Origin: Squalus acanthias
Taxonomy: Eukaryota
Direction of reading: 5' to 3'
Assembly (NCBI GenBank): GCA_030390025.1
Contig: JASTWF010000230.1
Coordinates: 124,001-188,000 of the forward strand
Length of the DNA: 64,000 nucleotides
Shown: positions 11,974 through 26,100 of the stretch, piece after piece
Position numbering within the stretch: the stretch's first letter is position 1
How the letters are laid out: each line of letters opens with the position of its first letter
The notes under the pieces: model-generated
What the model was told of the DNA's origin: nothing
The model's input: only the letters and a program-made list of their open reading frames with translations
The model's database searches: none
Made by a program: the position numbers and the translations under genes

Positions 11974-12356
11974 TTGGTGAAATGTATCCTCCGAAAGTCT
12001 ACGTCCTGCCTCCATCGGCGGACGAGATTGACACTGAGAATACGGCTACCCTGGTGTGTCTAGCCACCGGATTTTACCCTGCCGAGACTTACATCGCTTG
12101 GATGGCCAATGACACCCTTTTGGATTCAGCTTACCCGAGCCAACCGGACACCGAGAAGACAAACGGTTCCAGCTCCATTGGCAGCAGGCTGAGACTGACC
12201 GCGGCGGAATGGAACAGCGGCACCACTTACTCCTGTTTAGTGGGACACCCGTCCCTCAAAATGAATTTAATCAGAAGTATAAATAAATCTCATGGTAAAC
12301 CTACTTTAGTGAATGTTTCACTTGTTCTAACCGACAGTTTTAAATCGTGTGCATAA
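11974..12356 (+). CDS. IgNAR: IgNAR constant exon C5 plus secretory tailpiece
   Basis: tttgcag|TT acceptor; C5 domain to 12294 with internal donor G|GTAAAC for the TM splice; tail GKPTLVNVSLVLTDSFKSCA* with NVS glycosylation site and penultimate Cys. Confidence 0.96.
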
Positions 12357-12683
12357 CCCCCCGTGGTTGAGTAGCTGATTCCTGTCGAAGTGTTACCGCT
12401 GTTCTGTTCATTACTGTTTGAGCATCTGAAGCAGCGAATCTCCAATTTATCCATCCTCACTGTCACCCTCCAGATTAGAGAGCAATTCTTGAGATATTTT
12501 GCTAATATATGAAACTATATCAGTCAATGAGGGATAAATATGGTTAGAATCAGAAAACCATGAATAACCTTAGTACCATTTAAAAGAAGTTGCAACATTG
12601 TTTTAGATCCATTGAAGGGTTCAGTGACGTTATTGGACAAATAGGAAATGGCGTTTTAGTCTGTATGTGGCTTCGCTAATTAC

Positions 12684-12740
12684 AATAAATGCAGAATGAA
12701 AACCTTCTGTCTCCCAGAATCTTTGTTTTTGTGTGTGTTA
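12684..12740 (+). terminator. Probable poly(A) signal of secreted IgNAR mRNA
   Basis: AATAAA at 12684-12689 followed by a GT/T-rich element at ~12722-12739. Confidence 0.65.
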
Positions 12741-12989
12741 TCTCCGCGATGATGATTTACAACTTGATCAAGATATATATGGTGTCCTTGTCTAATCTTG
12801 GACGTGTGCAGCACTTTTCCATTCCCTCACTTTTTAGAGACATTACGGGTGATTTGAATCAGACTGCACTAATCCTCACCATTCTTGGCAGCTTCCGGAA
12901 CTCCTGTGATTTACAATTGGCCAATGAGCTATCTACTTGTAGAACGGAGTGAATAAAGGTGGACGAACATCCGGTCACACTTTAGTACG

Positions 12990-14072
12990 CCAATTAATGG
13001 CCAAGACTGGTGATTGCCTGGTGTCACGCTTACTTATCTAGTGGTAGCCAGAGAATCTCCTGCAAGGGATTCTCTTCCGGCTCCCTCACCGTTACCTCTG
13101 GAGTCTCCAGAGGATATATCCTTGGTGCCCTCCTCTTTCTCATCTACATGCTGCCACTCGGTGACATCATCCGAAATCAGATTCCACATGTACGCTGAAG
13201 ACACCCAGCTCTTCCTCACCATCACCTCTCTCAATCCTTGCACTGCCTCTGATTTGTGATGCTGTTTGTCCGGCATCTCGAATTGGATGAGCAGAAATGT
13301 CCTCTAATTAAATATTGGGAAGACCGAAGCCATGTTCTTCGAACCGCGCCACGAACTCCATTTCCCAGCCACCGACTCCATCCTACTCCCTTTTACTACA
13401 ATTTTATGAGGCTGAGCCAGACTGTTTGCATCCTTGGAATCATAACTGACCCTGATCTGAACTTCCGACCATATATCCACTCCGTCACCATGACCACCTA
13501 CTTCCACCTCAGTAATAGCGCCTGTCTGTGTCCCGTGTCGCAGCTCACCTACTGCTCAAACACTGTGTGACGTCCAGACTCGACTATTCCAATGTTCTCC
13601 TGGCTGGCCTCCCATCTTTTACCCTCTGTAAGATTGAGCTCATCCAAAACTATGCTGCCCTCTCCTAAATCGCACCAAGTCCAATTCAGACATCAGCCAT
13701 CTGATCGCTGACCTACATTGGCTCCTGGTCCGGCAACGCATAAGTGGTAGAATTCTTATCCTTGTTTACATATCCCTACATGGCCTCGCCCCTCCGTATA
13801 TCTGTAAGCTCCGCCAGTCCTAATATCCTCAGATATCCTTGTGTTCCTCCAATTCTGGCCTTTTGTGGATCCCTGATATCCATCACATACCATTGGCATG
13901 CGCGCCTTCAGCTGCCTCCTCACAGCCTACCTCTTTGACCAAGCTTTTGGTCATCTGCTATAATATCTCCTTATTTGGCTTGGTGTCAAATTATGTTTGA
14001 TGACGCTCCTGTGAAGCGCCTTGGGACGATTTGCACGGTTAAATATGCTATATGAATGCAACTTGATGTTGT
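12990..14072 (+). mobile_element. L2-clade LINE 3' fragment
   Basis: Degenerate RT motifs (SGVSRGYILG, YAEDTQL, SRLDYSN) and L2-type tail. Confidence 0.8.
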
Positions 14073-14159
14073 TGTATTGGACTATCAATCTGCAGTTTCC
14101 AATGGTTTCATTTCCAAGGTATGTCTGGACTTTGGAAGTATCCTCTTATCAATTTATTG

Positions 14160-14580
14160 TCAGCTTGGTTCATTGGCAGCTGCCTGGCCTCTGAATCAGA
14201 AGGTTCTGAGTTCAAGCTCCTCTCCAGGACCTCGACCCACAATCGTGGCTGACAATCCAATGCAACGATCACGGGGTTGCTCAGTTGTCAAAGGTGAGCA
14301 GTTCCGGATGATAAACTTCTCCCAGGCCTCGTCCAACTGTTCAGTTGACTGTTAAAGATCCAATGGGAGTACTGAGGGAGCAGCAAGCTCTCCTGGAGTC
14401 TGGCCCTATGTTCTGTTACTTGTTATACTAAATTCCCATTTACCTCAATGCTGCTTTTCGGGCCTTGCACTTGGTAAATTATCTGTGGAGTTGTTGATCA
14501 AACACATTAAACAGTAACTATTTGGCTGTGATGGTTTTGGGACCTCCTGAAGCCCTGAAAGGCGATCTATGAAGTGAAAT
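14160..14580 (+). mobile_element. Old tRNA-derived SINE; related copy at ~19820-20110
   Basis: Degenerate head CTCTGAATCAGAAGGTTCTGAGTTCAAG and L2-like tail. Confidence 0.5.
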
Positions 14581-14936
14581 ATGCCTTCTTATCATGATCA
14601 GTTAAATCACAGGTCAGGGCTAAGCACAGATTCGGCCTGCTTATCCAATGGGAAGCTGAGCCACATAGACAAAGAATATTCTAAGCAGATCTAAGTGAGT
14701 CAGCTGATCCGATCCTGACCTCAATGGTGGCGCTGCATTTTCTTCGCAAGGGTAAAATAAGCCGTCATTTAGTGTGTTCTCTTGCAACTACATAAGCATA
14801 GGCCCGTGCACATAGAACCCCCACATTCTGAAATCTTGTGGAATCAATAACACAGCGTATCATCTGGTGGCTCGAATATTCTGCTATATAAACACAGTAT
14901 GTGCATTTTCCCCGTGCTTTATGGCGATGGGAGTCT

Positions 14937-15670
14937 GCCCGCAATTTGCGGGGGGTTATAACAGCAAACTGTCAGCGTTCGCCGGCAGCACCGCTCTGAA
15001 ACTGACCATAGAATCAGGATTTAGCGCATGCGCATCTAAACGTGGAAATGCTGAAGTTGTGGTCAGTCATTCACTGCTCGGACACTGGCTGCGCTGTGGA
15101 GCTCCCCAAAGCCGACAATTAGTGTAATCAGTGGAACTGACAAAAATGATGAACTTTTCTGCGGTAATATCGCTTTTACACACCACATTAAATGTTAAAC
15201 ATTTTTGGAATATGTGTAACTGGGGGTTTAATAGATTATTGACTGCTAAACAACCGTTCTGGCCCTGAAAAGGTTTGTTTTTTTACATTTGTGGAGTGTC
15301 ACATTTCTCCATTATGATAAAAATGACAAGTTTTTAAAAACGTTTTAAAAAATTAAAGATTTGTCATGATATTTCAGCTTCTACCTTATCCCCATGTGAG
15401 ACTCGCAATCTTTATTTCGGTCTCTGTAACATTTTTACAAAAGTCCGGATAAAAGCAGCTTCTCTTTTCCTGTTTGCCGACTGTGATATTTCTTCAATGT
15501 GATTGGCTGCTCAGACACATTGTTGACGTCACTGCTGCAGCGCTTCACTTGTGATCCCCTATTCACGGCACGGCAATCAAATGCAGGGAGAAAAAGGCAA
15601 ATTTCTCGCAGCTTTCATCCGAGCCAACGGCGAACACATTGGCTTCGCTGCTGACCGCAATTTACGGGCC
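14937..15670. mobile_element. Non-autonomous DNA transposon (MITE, Harbinger-like ends)
   Basis: Imperfect terminal inverted repeats gcccgcaatttgcgg / ccgcaatttacgggc (13 of 15 match) around an AT-rich core. Confidence 0.5.
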
Positions 15671-16466
15671 TTTAATAACAATCGATAAAGCAGAGAATTG
15701 TAGAAGTGATATATCTCGTCAGTAATCCGAAACCTAACAGTATGGGAGCGCCAGCATCGTGAGTCACAGCTAGATGTAATGACAGTGAGGCTGGTCTGAC
15801 GCTCTGTGTAGATGATAATGTAAAATAGTGCCACGTCAACCGATTGAAATCCTATCACAAAACTTGTGTGTATTTGCGAGTAACCTTTTGTTACTAAATA
15901 TCAATGTATTTCCACAGTCCAACTAAACTGCGCTGATCAGATGCAGTTGAATCTTTAGACCGAAATGTGACACGGTCCGCATTTTACTGCCGATCTCTTA
16001 AATCAGTTTAGCAGGTGAACCGCAAGGGATTTAATCCTGTAATCAGTCCACCCTTCTGTTCAGAGTGGCGTCGAGTTTCACTATTCTACATAGATTTTCA
16101 TTAATTTTTGTTGTTATTAGCTTCCAGAAGAAAAAAATATACATTAATCAAACGCGCTTGTCAGCGGCATGGAACTTTAAGGTAAAAAGGTTGGTTATAT
16201 GTGCGGTATAAACTCAATCCTCCGTCCTGTGTACTCTGTCTGACCGCGACTGTCACCACACAACAAGCATCTCCTCAGTCTCCTGAAAATCACTTCCATC
16301 CACATCGAGCTGGTTAATGAATGAACTACATGTTCACGTTCTGTCAGTTCAACTTCTAACGCACCATGTCCGAGCGTCTGCCGGTTACGTGCTATTACAT
16401 AGCCTTTGTGTTTATTCTGTTTTCAACATGAACACATTTATAACAATATCCATCTATTGATTCCAG

Positions 16467-16624
16467 AAACTCCACCAATAAGTGAAGATCCAGATGACCA
16501 CGAGGTCGAGGACGGAGGATTAGAAAACTTAGATGAGAATGCCGGCACTACAGCAACAGTGATCGCTCTCGTGATCCTGTTTATTCTCAGTATCCTGTAC
16601 AGCACCTTTGTAACCGTCATCAAG
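16467..16624 (+). CDS. IgNAR: IgNAR transmembrane exon TM1
   Basis: ttccag|AA phase-1 acceptor, AAG|GTAATA donor; acidic spacer then VIALVILFILSILYSTFVTVIK with the Ig CART motif. Confidence 0.94.
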
Positions 16625-17487
16625 GTAATACCGACCTTAAATAGCACAGTGACACTGTGCAAATTCATTGGAAACGTGAGTTTATTCTTTAGATATAGTT
16701 AAGGTGCTAATGATGAACTAAATATTCCAATATCAGCATTAATCCTATCGTCCCCACAGTATCAGATTGTACTTCATTATTCGTTCCCATGTGATTAACT
16801 GTCACATTTAATAAGCCTGCTGAATATGATGAATTAACAGAGGAAGGCATGCATACGAGTATTAATGACATATAAGAAGCAGATATATATAGTTCAAAAA
16901 TGGAATCTATTACTTTGCACCTAGATTGTAGGTCGGTAGAAGCACAGTGAAAAGGACAGCGATTTATCGAATGTTTACGAGTGATAACCCAGAAATATTT
17001 AGCGATATGATGATAAACAAGCTTCCTGGGAATAGTGAGCATAACAGGTTTGAGAGAGAGAGAGAGAGAAATGTTCTGCACGTAAACATGGATCACTGTG
17101 AAGATACGAGGAAAGCATTAACTACGGAAGGATGGGCGAACATTTCAGTTGGTAAATCGATGAACAAATAGTTCAATTTATTCAAGAATTTGATCGGCGC
17201 ACACAAAAGTACACAATCCCAAAAATAGAAATTCTAATTGAATGAGTACATTATGTTGAAAGAGAACAGTTAGGGCCAGGATTAAACCAAAGCGGGAAGG
17301 TTATGTCAAGGCGAAGAAAATGGTAAGTTTGACAGCTGGGAGTATTGTATAAAACATAGTGAAAAGGAATAATGAAATTAAAAAATGCAACGTGCAGTAC
17401 GAAACAATTATAGGGACCTGTAGGATAACATCAAATGTTTTACAGGTACATAAAGAGAAAGAGAACGTGCATTTGAGGTTGTTGCAT

Positions 17488-18100
17488 AGGAACATGGGAA
17501 CATGGGAAGGCCATTCAGCTGCACGGGCCTGATCCGCCGCTCAGTTAGACCATGGCTGATCGGTAACGTACCGAAAGATAAACACCTTGGTTACACGTCT
17601 TTTAATAAAATTACCTAACATAAATCTATCAATCTCAGTTTTGAAATGTTCAATTGACCCCCAGCCTCAACAGCTTTTTGGGGTAGAAAGTTCCAGATTT
17701 CCCGTACCCTTTGTATGGTGAAGTGTTTCCTGACATCACCCTGAACGGACCAGCTCTGATGTTATCTTCATTCCACCTTGTTCTGGTGTCGCCCGTCAGA
17801 GGAATTAGTTTCTCTCTATCTACTCTTTAAATCCCTTTACTCACCAGAAACACCTAAATCACCCCTTAATCTTCTCTATCCAACGGAACACAACGCTAAT
17901 CTAAGGAAAATGCCCTTCTAATTTTAACCCTTTTAGTACCGGTATCATTCTGGTGAATCAGCTCTGCACCCTCTCCACGGCCAATATATCCTCCTGAGCT
18001 GCGGTGCTCAGAACTGACCGCAGGAACCGGAGCTTTAGACAACTACAGCATAACTTCCACCCCTTTGTATGCCAGCCCCAATGAGATAAGTTGATTTATT
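17488..18100 (-). mobile_element. CR1 LINE 3' fragment, degenerate
   Basis: Reverse-complement CR1 3' UTR and ORF2 C-terminal remnants. Confidence 0.7.
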
Positions 18101-18103
18101 TTT

Positions 18104-18540
18104 ATAGAAACATAGAAACATAGAATCTAGGAGCAGGAGTAGGCCATTCGGCCCGTCGAGCCTGCTCCACCATTCAATACGATCATGGCTGATCATCCAA
18201 ATCCAGTACCCTGTCCCTGCTTTAATCCCCACAGAACACATATACCACCCTATCCCCGTAACGCCACGTATTTAATTCCCCCTAACATATCCCATCCTAT
18301 CCCCATAACCCCACATATTAAATCCCCCCCTAACACTAAGGGTCAATTTATCATAGCCAAATCAACCTAACCCGCACATTTTTGGACTGTGGGAGGAAGC
18401 CGGAGCACCCGGAGGAAACCCACGCAGACACGGGGAGAATGTGCAAACTCCACACAGACAGTCACCCGAGGTCAGATTCGAACCCGGGTCCCTGGCGCTG
18501 TGAGGCACCAGTGCTAACCACTATGCCACCGTGTTGCCCC
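18104..18540 (-). mobile_element. HE1-type SINE, full length
   Basis: Near-identical to the other three copies; TTATTT in both flanks may be a target-site duplication. Confidence 0.9.
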
Positions 18541-18619
18541 TTATTTCAACGTTGTGTACATGTATTTTTGCGTGATTCCTATTAAGCTTCTGGAAACTCC
18601 GTACGTAAATGGAATCCCC

Positions 18620-18850
18620 TCAAGCATAATGGGAATCCCCTTTCTGATTTGTTGCGCCGGGCCCACGTGATCCTGTGGGCGCTTGCGAGCCGAATGCGCT
18701 CCTGGGATACCTGGGCCTCTACGCAGTCTTAGGCCTAGAGACCCAGGTGCGGGTGTCTTCCTGGATTCAGGACCATCAGGTAGATGCGAGATTTATTGCG
18801 TTTCGGAGGAATCCGCCCGCGCGAAGCCTCCGACGGCAAATTCAGCCCCT
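18620..18850. mobile_element. Partial diverged copy of the MITE family at 39381 and 57923
   Basis: Reverse complement resembles 39381-39600. Confidence 0.55.
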
Positions 18851-19218
18851 GTTCAGTTTTTAGGAAACTTACAGGGACAATCCTAGGTTTGCTAGGAGTC
18901 CAGCGACAATTCACATGGATGGTCACATTTTTCGGATTATTGTATAATTATTGCTGTCTATATAATCATTGCTAACACATGATTCCCTTGTCATTGATAC
19001 ATTCGCGGAGACACGCGACTAGTGAGGCTGTCTGGTCTTAGGGGTGAGGCCATTCAGTTCTGGAGGATAACTGTCCAAACCCAGAAACCACATCACATTT
19101 CACAGCAATAGTCCATCATCCTGTCTTTTATTGCACACTTTGACTATTCAGTCTGATTGGGCATCATCTGTCTCACTCTGTTACTCACTGGGTTATCATT
19201 CTATTGTTTATACTACAG

Positions 19219-19227
19219 GTGCACTAG
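19219..19227 (+). CDS. IgNAR: IgNAR TM2 exon coding part (Val-His-stop; cytoplasmic tail KVH)
   Basis: ttgtttatactacag|GTG CAC TAG; phase 0 matches the TM1 donor; analogous to the IgM KVK tail. Confidence 0.8.
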   Translation: MH

Positions 19228-22044
19228 CGCCCGCTTGGCCAGAAGGCACTTCCGGTTTATAATTAGGGTTGTTACGAGAATCTCGGTCGGATGCTGACGG
19301 GACTGGATTGCCTCACTCGCTCATCGTTATCGGCTGGTGCACGGCACCATTTCATCTCGTATTCCTATATAGTCTCAAGCAAAGCATAAAAACTGTTAGC
19401 TTTCTTTTCTTTCATGAGCTAATTTCTTATTCTTGAAACGTTAAGTGTCATTGTTGAATAGAATTCCGCGTGACTTTAGCAAAACAGTGAACCACGAATA
19501 GTTGAATGTCCAGGAGGGACAGATTGTAATTTACTGTAACTGGAGAAAATTCGATGATTCGATGTAATATTGTATTTAAATGCCGCACCTTGGATACAGG
19601 CTCAATTTATTCAGACATTAGTGAGTGGCGCCCTCTCCCAATATTCAATAGCACAGAAACAGACGACCGTCTGAAATATTAAGCATTTTGTTTAACATCT
19701 TTCAATACAATGTAACTTTAAATTTGTTAATATTTATGATTGATCTGCCAACCAATTAGCAAGAATGACTTCACCTTTGTCAATTCAATGCTCCCCTATA
19801 GGATTGGCTGATTGGTCGCTCCCTTGCCTTTGGGCCAATCAGGCGGTGGGTTCAAGTGCCACTCCAGCACCACATCCCAGAATATAGTTTGATACCACCC
19901 AATGCAGCACTGGGGGAGTACTGGATTACCACACATGCCCCGTCAATCGGCTGAATCGATAAAACCAGGCCGTGTTTGCCGGTGCAGAGCTGCCGAATTA
20001 TACACTGGCCAACATCCTCACTTTCAGGAAAACAACAAATACAAACCATCATTTTAACTTGTCTTTCATCACATTTGGGGGATCTTACTGTGTATGAATT
20101 GCCTAAATAACAGCAGTGAGCGGGGTTTGCTGGAGTATTCGGCTTCCCAACAAAGTAACCACATTGTCCCTTTCAAGGCCGACTCTCAGTGCATAATTCC
20201 CCAAGGAATATATTGGTTATTGCTGCGCACTGTGTGTATCATTATTTACAGCCTGCCGTGAGCGTCTGTGTCCCGACAGTCTGTGACTGGGGGAAGTTGC
20301 TCCAAAAGCCAAGTGACTGATATTTACTCCAACAATGGTTCCGCCGCCGCACGAGCTGCAGCAGAATCGCGCGGACCGTATTAAAGACCTCGCATGAAAT
20401 GTCCCAGCTGAAATTTCTAGGCTCCAATTGTGAACTTGGATTTTAAAAATCGATTACTAAATGTTTTGATGGATTATGGAGGATTTAGTCATTGTAGAAT
20501 TAATTGGATCTGAAAGTAATTGTGGCACAGGTTGGATGTTAGAAAGGCCCGTGACAAGGCATAAAGAGTAGATGAGATGTGTGTTTTATAGCGGAAGGGG
20601 CTGGTAGGGCAAACACACAGCACTGAAACACCCCACCCTTGTTATATCACATGACAGAAAACTGAGATCACTGGGCTTTCAGCAGGGTCTGGTGGAGAAA
20701 GGCTGATTGTGTCGCTATTAGTTAGCAGAATCTTGAAACAGCAGGAGTGTTTCCTATGTCGGCCATTTGTTAAATATATAATCACGGTGTCGCTGGGAAT
20801 AGTAACCAGTAAAACTTTCCTGAGTTCGTAGACACACAGCATTGTGTGTAAATCTTCCCCGTAGATCTTGCATTAGTTAAGGCCCTTAGACCGTACAGAG
20901 GGTCCAGGCATTCCCTCTGGGCAAAAAGTGTATTGAAGCAATCTGAATATAACATGGTTGAGCAGATTGGACACAAGATCTACCAGCAAAAGTTACCATT
21001 CCTCTACTCGCTGTTTATGTTGACAGCTCAATTGTGACAGTTAAGATTCCCTCTGTTTAGCATTTTTTGTAGAATCGTTAACAGCTCGTTGCTGAATGTG
21101 TTGACGATTTGGTTAGAGATACGTAACAGAGGAAATCTTCACCAAGGTTTATCTGATATCTGAAACCCAGTGGAAACTAAATACCGCCGTGAATGCCCAA
21201 CAGCGAGAATTATATCTGGAAAGGTGTGCCAGGTCTGACGCTTTGTTACAAACCCTGGTTAAGAATTCCTCTGCTAGTGTGTTGCAATGAGATCATGCTG
21301 CGTTCAAATCAGATTCCGTGAGGTCATATTTCTGGCCTAGTCTTTAACATATTTTAAAAGGATCCGCTAACTACTTGGCAAGAAATATCGAGCAGAGCCT
21401 GTGCAACGTCACTGTCCATAGCAAGAGATGGATTCTCCCCTGTATCTAATTTCAGCTACAAACGATGGAATCCGAAGTCGTCAGCAATTACATTGCAAAT
21501 GGAGGGATACTGTGATAGTAAGATCAATTTGTTTTAATGTGACATAGGGACATTAGGAAAAGGAATAGGCAATTCAGCCACTCGATACTGCTCCGCCATT
21601 CAATTAGATCCTGGCTGATCTGTCCCTTAACACCAGCTCCCCGCCTATGCTCCATATCCCTTGATACCCTTTCCTGACATGACTGTATTTGCAGTGATTT
21701 GCCTAAATAAAGTGTCAGAAACAATTGGAACTTGTGTCCGTTCCCTAAACGTGTGCAAATTAAATGATCTCATCAATAGATTTTTGTTCAGATTTGTTTG
21801 AATGCTATTGCTGGTTTGATTTTTTTATTAAGTTACTTTTAGTCTCTGTCAACGCAAAGTTTCAGAATATAATAAAAAATAATGTGTTCCATGCTGTTCG
21901 TCAATGTTTTTACTAAAAGTTCTGGGTTTAAATCCAACACTTATTTTTGTTTAGGTATTTCAGTTTGCGCCAATGATTAAGTTAGTAAAACTCACCAATA
22001 AACTAAATAAAAGCTACACCTTAAACAAGTAAAATAATGTACGG

Positions 22045-23123
22045 ATGAAAACAAAGAGTAGGGATAAACGGGTCTTTTTCAGGATGGCAGGCTGTGACTA
22101 GTGGGGTACCGCAAGGATCGGTGCTTGGGCCCCAGCTATTCACAATCTATATCAATGATTTGGATGAGGGGACTAAATGAAACATTTCCAAATTTGCTGA
22201 TGACACATAGCTATGTGGCAGTGTCAGTTGCGAAGAGGATGTTAAGAGGCGTCAAGAAGATCTCGACAGACTCAGTGAGTGGGCGAGAACATGGCAGATG
22301 GATTATAATGTGGATACATGTGAAGTTATCCACTTTGGTAGAAAAAAACAGAAAGGCAGAATATTTCCTAAATGGTGAAAGATTGGGGAATGCAGATGCT
22401 CAAAGGTACCTGGGTGTCCTTGTACATGAGTCACTGAAACTGAAAGTGCAGGTGCAGCAAGCCATTAGGAAGGCAAATGGTATGCTAGCCTTCATTACAA
22501 GAGGATTTGAGTACAGGAGTAAAGACGTATTACTCCAATTATATATGTCCTTGGTGAGACAACACCTGGAGTACTGTGCACAATTTTGGTCTCCTTACCT
22601 AAGAAAGGATATACTTCCGTAGAGGTCGTGCAAGGAATGTTAACGAGATTGATTCCTGGGATGGCGGGACTGTCGTATGAGAAGAGGTTGAGTAAACTAG
22701 GCCTGTATTCTCTTGAATTCAGAACAATGAGACGGGATCTCATTGAAGCATACACAATTATTACAGGACTTGATAGGGTGAATGCAGGGAGACTGTTTCC
22801 CTTAGCTGGGGAGTCTAGAACCAGGGGCCAAAGCCTCAGGATAAAGGGTAGGCCATTCAGGACTGAGATGAGAAGAAATTTCTTCACACTGAGGGTGGTG
22901 AATATTTGGAATTCTCTACCCCAGAGAGCTGTGGAGGCTCAGTCATTGGGTATATTTAAAACAGAAGTCGATAGATTTCTGATTGTAAGGCCATCAAGGG
23001 ATATGGCGATAAGGCCGGTGAATGGAATTGAGGCAGAAGATCAGCGATGATCGCATTGAATGGCGGTGCAGGCTCGAAGGGCCGAATGGCCGACTCCTGC
23101 TCCTATTTCTTGTGATCTTATGT
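22045..23123 (+). mobile_element. CR1 LINE, 5'-truncated
   Basis: [17 protein letters not shown] and LVRQHLEYCAQFWSP remnants, followed by the CR1 3' UTR. Confidence 0.92.
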
Positions 23124-26100
23124 AAATTGAGTCCAGAAACCGGCGCCCTGAATCCCATTAATTCACGACCGATATTGAATGGACTGGAGCATCTATAGGT
23201 TTGGGTGTGTTCCTGGAATATGGGAATAACCCGGACAATTAACAGTTCTAATCATTAAGCGGTATGATCATTAATACAAGGTTCATACATTCTAGGACAT
23301 TGAGTATTCAGTCTTAGCATTAATGTTCTGGTCATTATTTGGATGAATTGATTCATTCATTAATAACGCAGAAATCCAAACATCAATTTACCGAAGTGAA
23401 GCTTTCAATTCAATGCAGCTAAATTGAGTGAATCCGTTCTGTGGTTAACTGCGGAGAACTAAAGGCTTGTTGTGATATTCCGCTGCACAGGTTTAGCGAC
23501 TTTCTGTGGCTCTCCTCTGTTCCATGGCTTGAAATTTAAACCGATTGATTTAAACCGGTTGAGCCGCCATTGAAAGAATATTCTGGTGATGTCAAACCAA
23601 AGTATTGCTGCACTAATATCACAATCGGCAATTTCCGGTCACACATTCTTAAAATGACCAGAAGGACACAAAGTCTAAACATTACTTGGTCTTATTCATT
23701 GGCTAATTCTGCAGACCTTCGCAAGATGCCCCCTTATCCCAGTTTTACAGCATGCGGTAACACGTTCATTTTAGATGTATTACGCATTTTACAACAACAA
23801 GTAGCATTTATATAGCGCCTTTAACCTAGTAAAACGTCTCAAGTCGCTTCACATGAGTGTCATGAAACAACATCAGTCACCGAGCCACATAAAGGGATTG
23901 TGGCTAATAATTCATTCAACAGCTCACTAATATTGGAATTTTCTCGGAGCAAATCCCGCTTTGCAGGGTAACTTCCCGGAATCTCTGAAGTCACGGCAAT
24001 TGTGCCAGATGATGCTCCAAAGAAATTCCCTGCATAACGTGTCTTCAACATTTTGGAGGAACTTTGCATGTGTGCTATATTGGCGCAGGCACTGTCCTTT
24101 TAAACATAAATAGGTTAACATGTTATCTAAAATTGGAATTTCAAGCACATTGAGAAATCACCGGGATGTTGCTTTCCCACAGAATAAATTAAGGCCCAGG
24201 AAATCAAAGAAGCCTGTAAAATTAAGTCTAATAGCCTGACGAGGATGTAACTCAATTGAAGTGGCGCAATTGCGTGCGTGTGACAACGTTGTCGCTCCGC
24301 CTTCTTAAAAACCTACAATGCAGTTAACCTTTTCCACTGACAGCTGTTTAAATTCAACAAGCAACAACTTTAGTATTACTGAATGACATTTAAAGATATT
24401 GGACATTATTAAATTTAAGTTTCTTAATTTTAAGTTAATATTTCCCCACAGTGACAGACGGAAAATGATGATTTAATAAATTAACTCCTTGGGCTCTTAA
24501 GCAGAGCCACAATGGATTATCTGCTTTCTTGTGTGTTATGGAATTTATCTTGTAAAGTAATTGCAGCACTTCTGTCTCTAATGTTCAAACACTGTGTAAA
24601 CCACCTAGCCTGGGAATCACTTGTTTCTGAAATTGAATTGATAAGATAAATGTATAGAAATTAAATTGAACATTGACAAAACCTATCAGTCCAGTAGTAC
24701 AGAAGTTTGGATTTTGGGAGGATTTTGAAATGATATATTGGGTTACCAAGTGAGATGGTTTGATCTATGTTTTTAATGGACAGTAAAGTTCCTCCAGGGC
24801 TCATGAATGAGATATGAATGGTAATTGATGGGATGTATAAAATGGACAGAGGAAGTGATTGAGGGTGTGAGATAGAAACAGGAAAATTACACCACCAAAT
24901 GGCAATTTTCCAGACTTTTTAGTGAAAGTCAGGAAAATGTAGTTACGAATAGTAAATTGATTGCTTTCTCTTGGAGACATTTGTGACCCTGCCCATAATG
25001 AACCTTTTAAGAAAACTGAATTTGATAGTCTGGCCACTAACCAAGACATCAGAACCATGTGGTGGAAAATGAGCAAAGACAATCTTTTGATAAGATCGCC
25101 GCAAAGCCCGGGAATGTCTTGTATCGGATGGCACGTGCGGCATGATATTGTGATACCGGTATGAGTGTGCAAATATGATTTGTTACGTATGAAGCAATTA
25201 CCATCCGGGAATGCATGGTGAATCTGCACTGAAGAACGGATCTCAAACATGCTCAGTTACTTGACTACAGTACGACATGAAATGGTTAATGTGGCTCAGG
25301 AGAGTGAAACAACTTTTAAAGCATTGAAACACTCCATCGAGAGACTATCTAATTATTGAAACAATCAGAATAGAGTTAAACACACTGGTACCTGTTAGCG
25401 GGATTGAAATTTAAGTTGAAGCAGAGAGTTACATGGAATTTGGATTGGGACAATGGAGGGCTATGGAATATACATGTTTAGCAAGAATTATCCACAAGAT
25501 GGATACGAGTAAAGATATCTGGAGGATATTTAAAGTCCATGACTTGTTGATTAGATGTTAAATTGTAGTGTCGCTTCAAATGATTGTAGGACTGAATTAT
25601 AACTTGTAACTGTAATAATTGTGATTTGTAGATAACAGAGCGTGGGAAAAACCAGTACGAATCCAGTATGAGTTGGTTTTGGTGGTGCCTCCTGTGTCAC
25701 TACTACCGTAACTACCATGCTTTACGAGTTTAACAGGGCCTGTCCCATCAACCAACGCGTTTTATTCAATATCAAAATCTATGCTCAAGTGAAACTGACA
25801 GTAAATGATATACTTATGTATCGGCTGCACAATTATGTGGCACAATTCTGATAATACATTCTCCTGTTGCCTGAGGATTTCAGTGAGCTCGTGATGCGAT
25901 GAACCCCTCCCTAAAGAAATGTTATGATTTGGAGCAAGACAACTCGAGAATAGATATTGAAATTGACAGCATAGGGGCCAACTTACAATTTTTGGGAAAT
26001 TGGGTTTCATACATCATTACACCCTTAAAGTCGTATTATTTCACACGCTCTTGTAGTTCTCCAACTTGTAATGATAGTGTATTTGATATATGTAACCCAT

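Noticed and set aside
16646-16660. CACAGTGACACTGTG back-to-back RSS heptamers after TM1
   Set aside because: No nonamer at 12 or 23 bp spacing; likely chance
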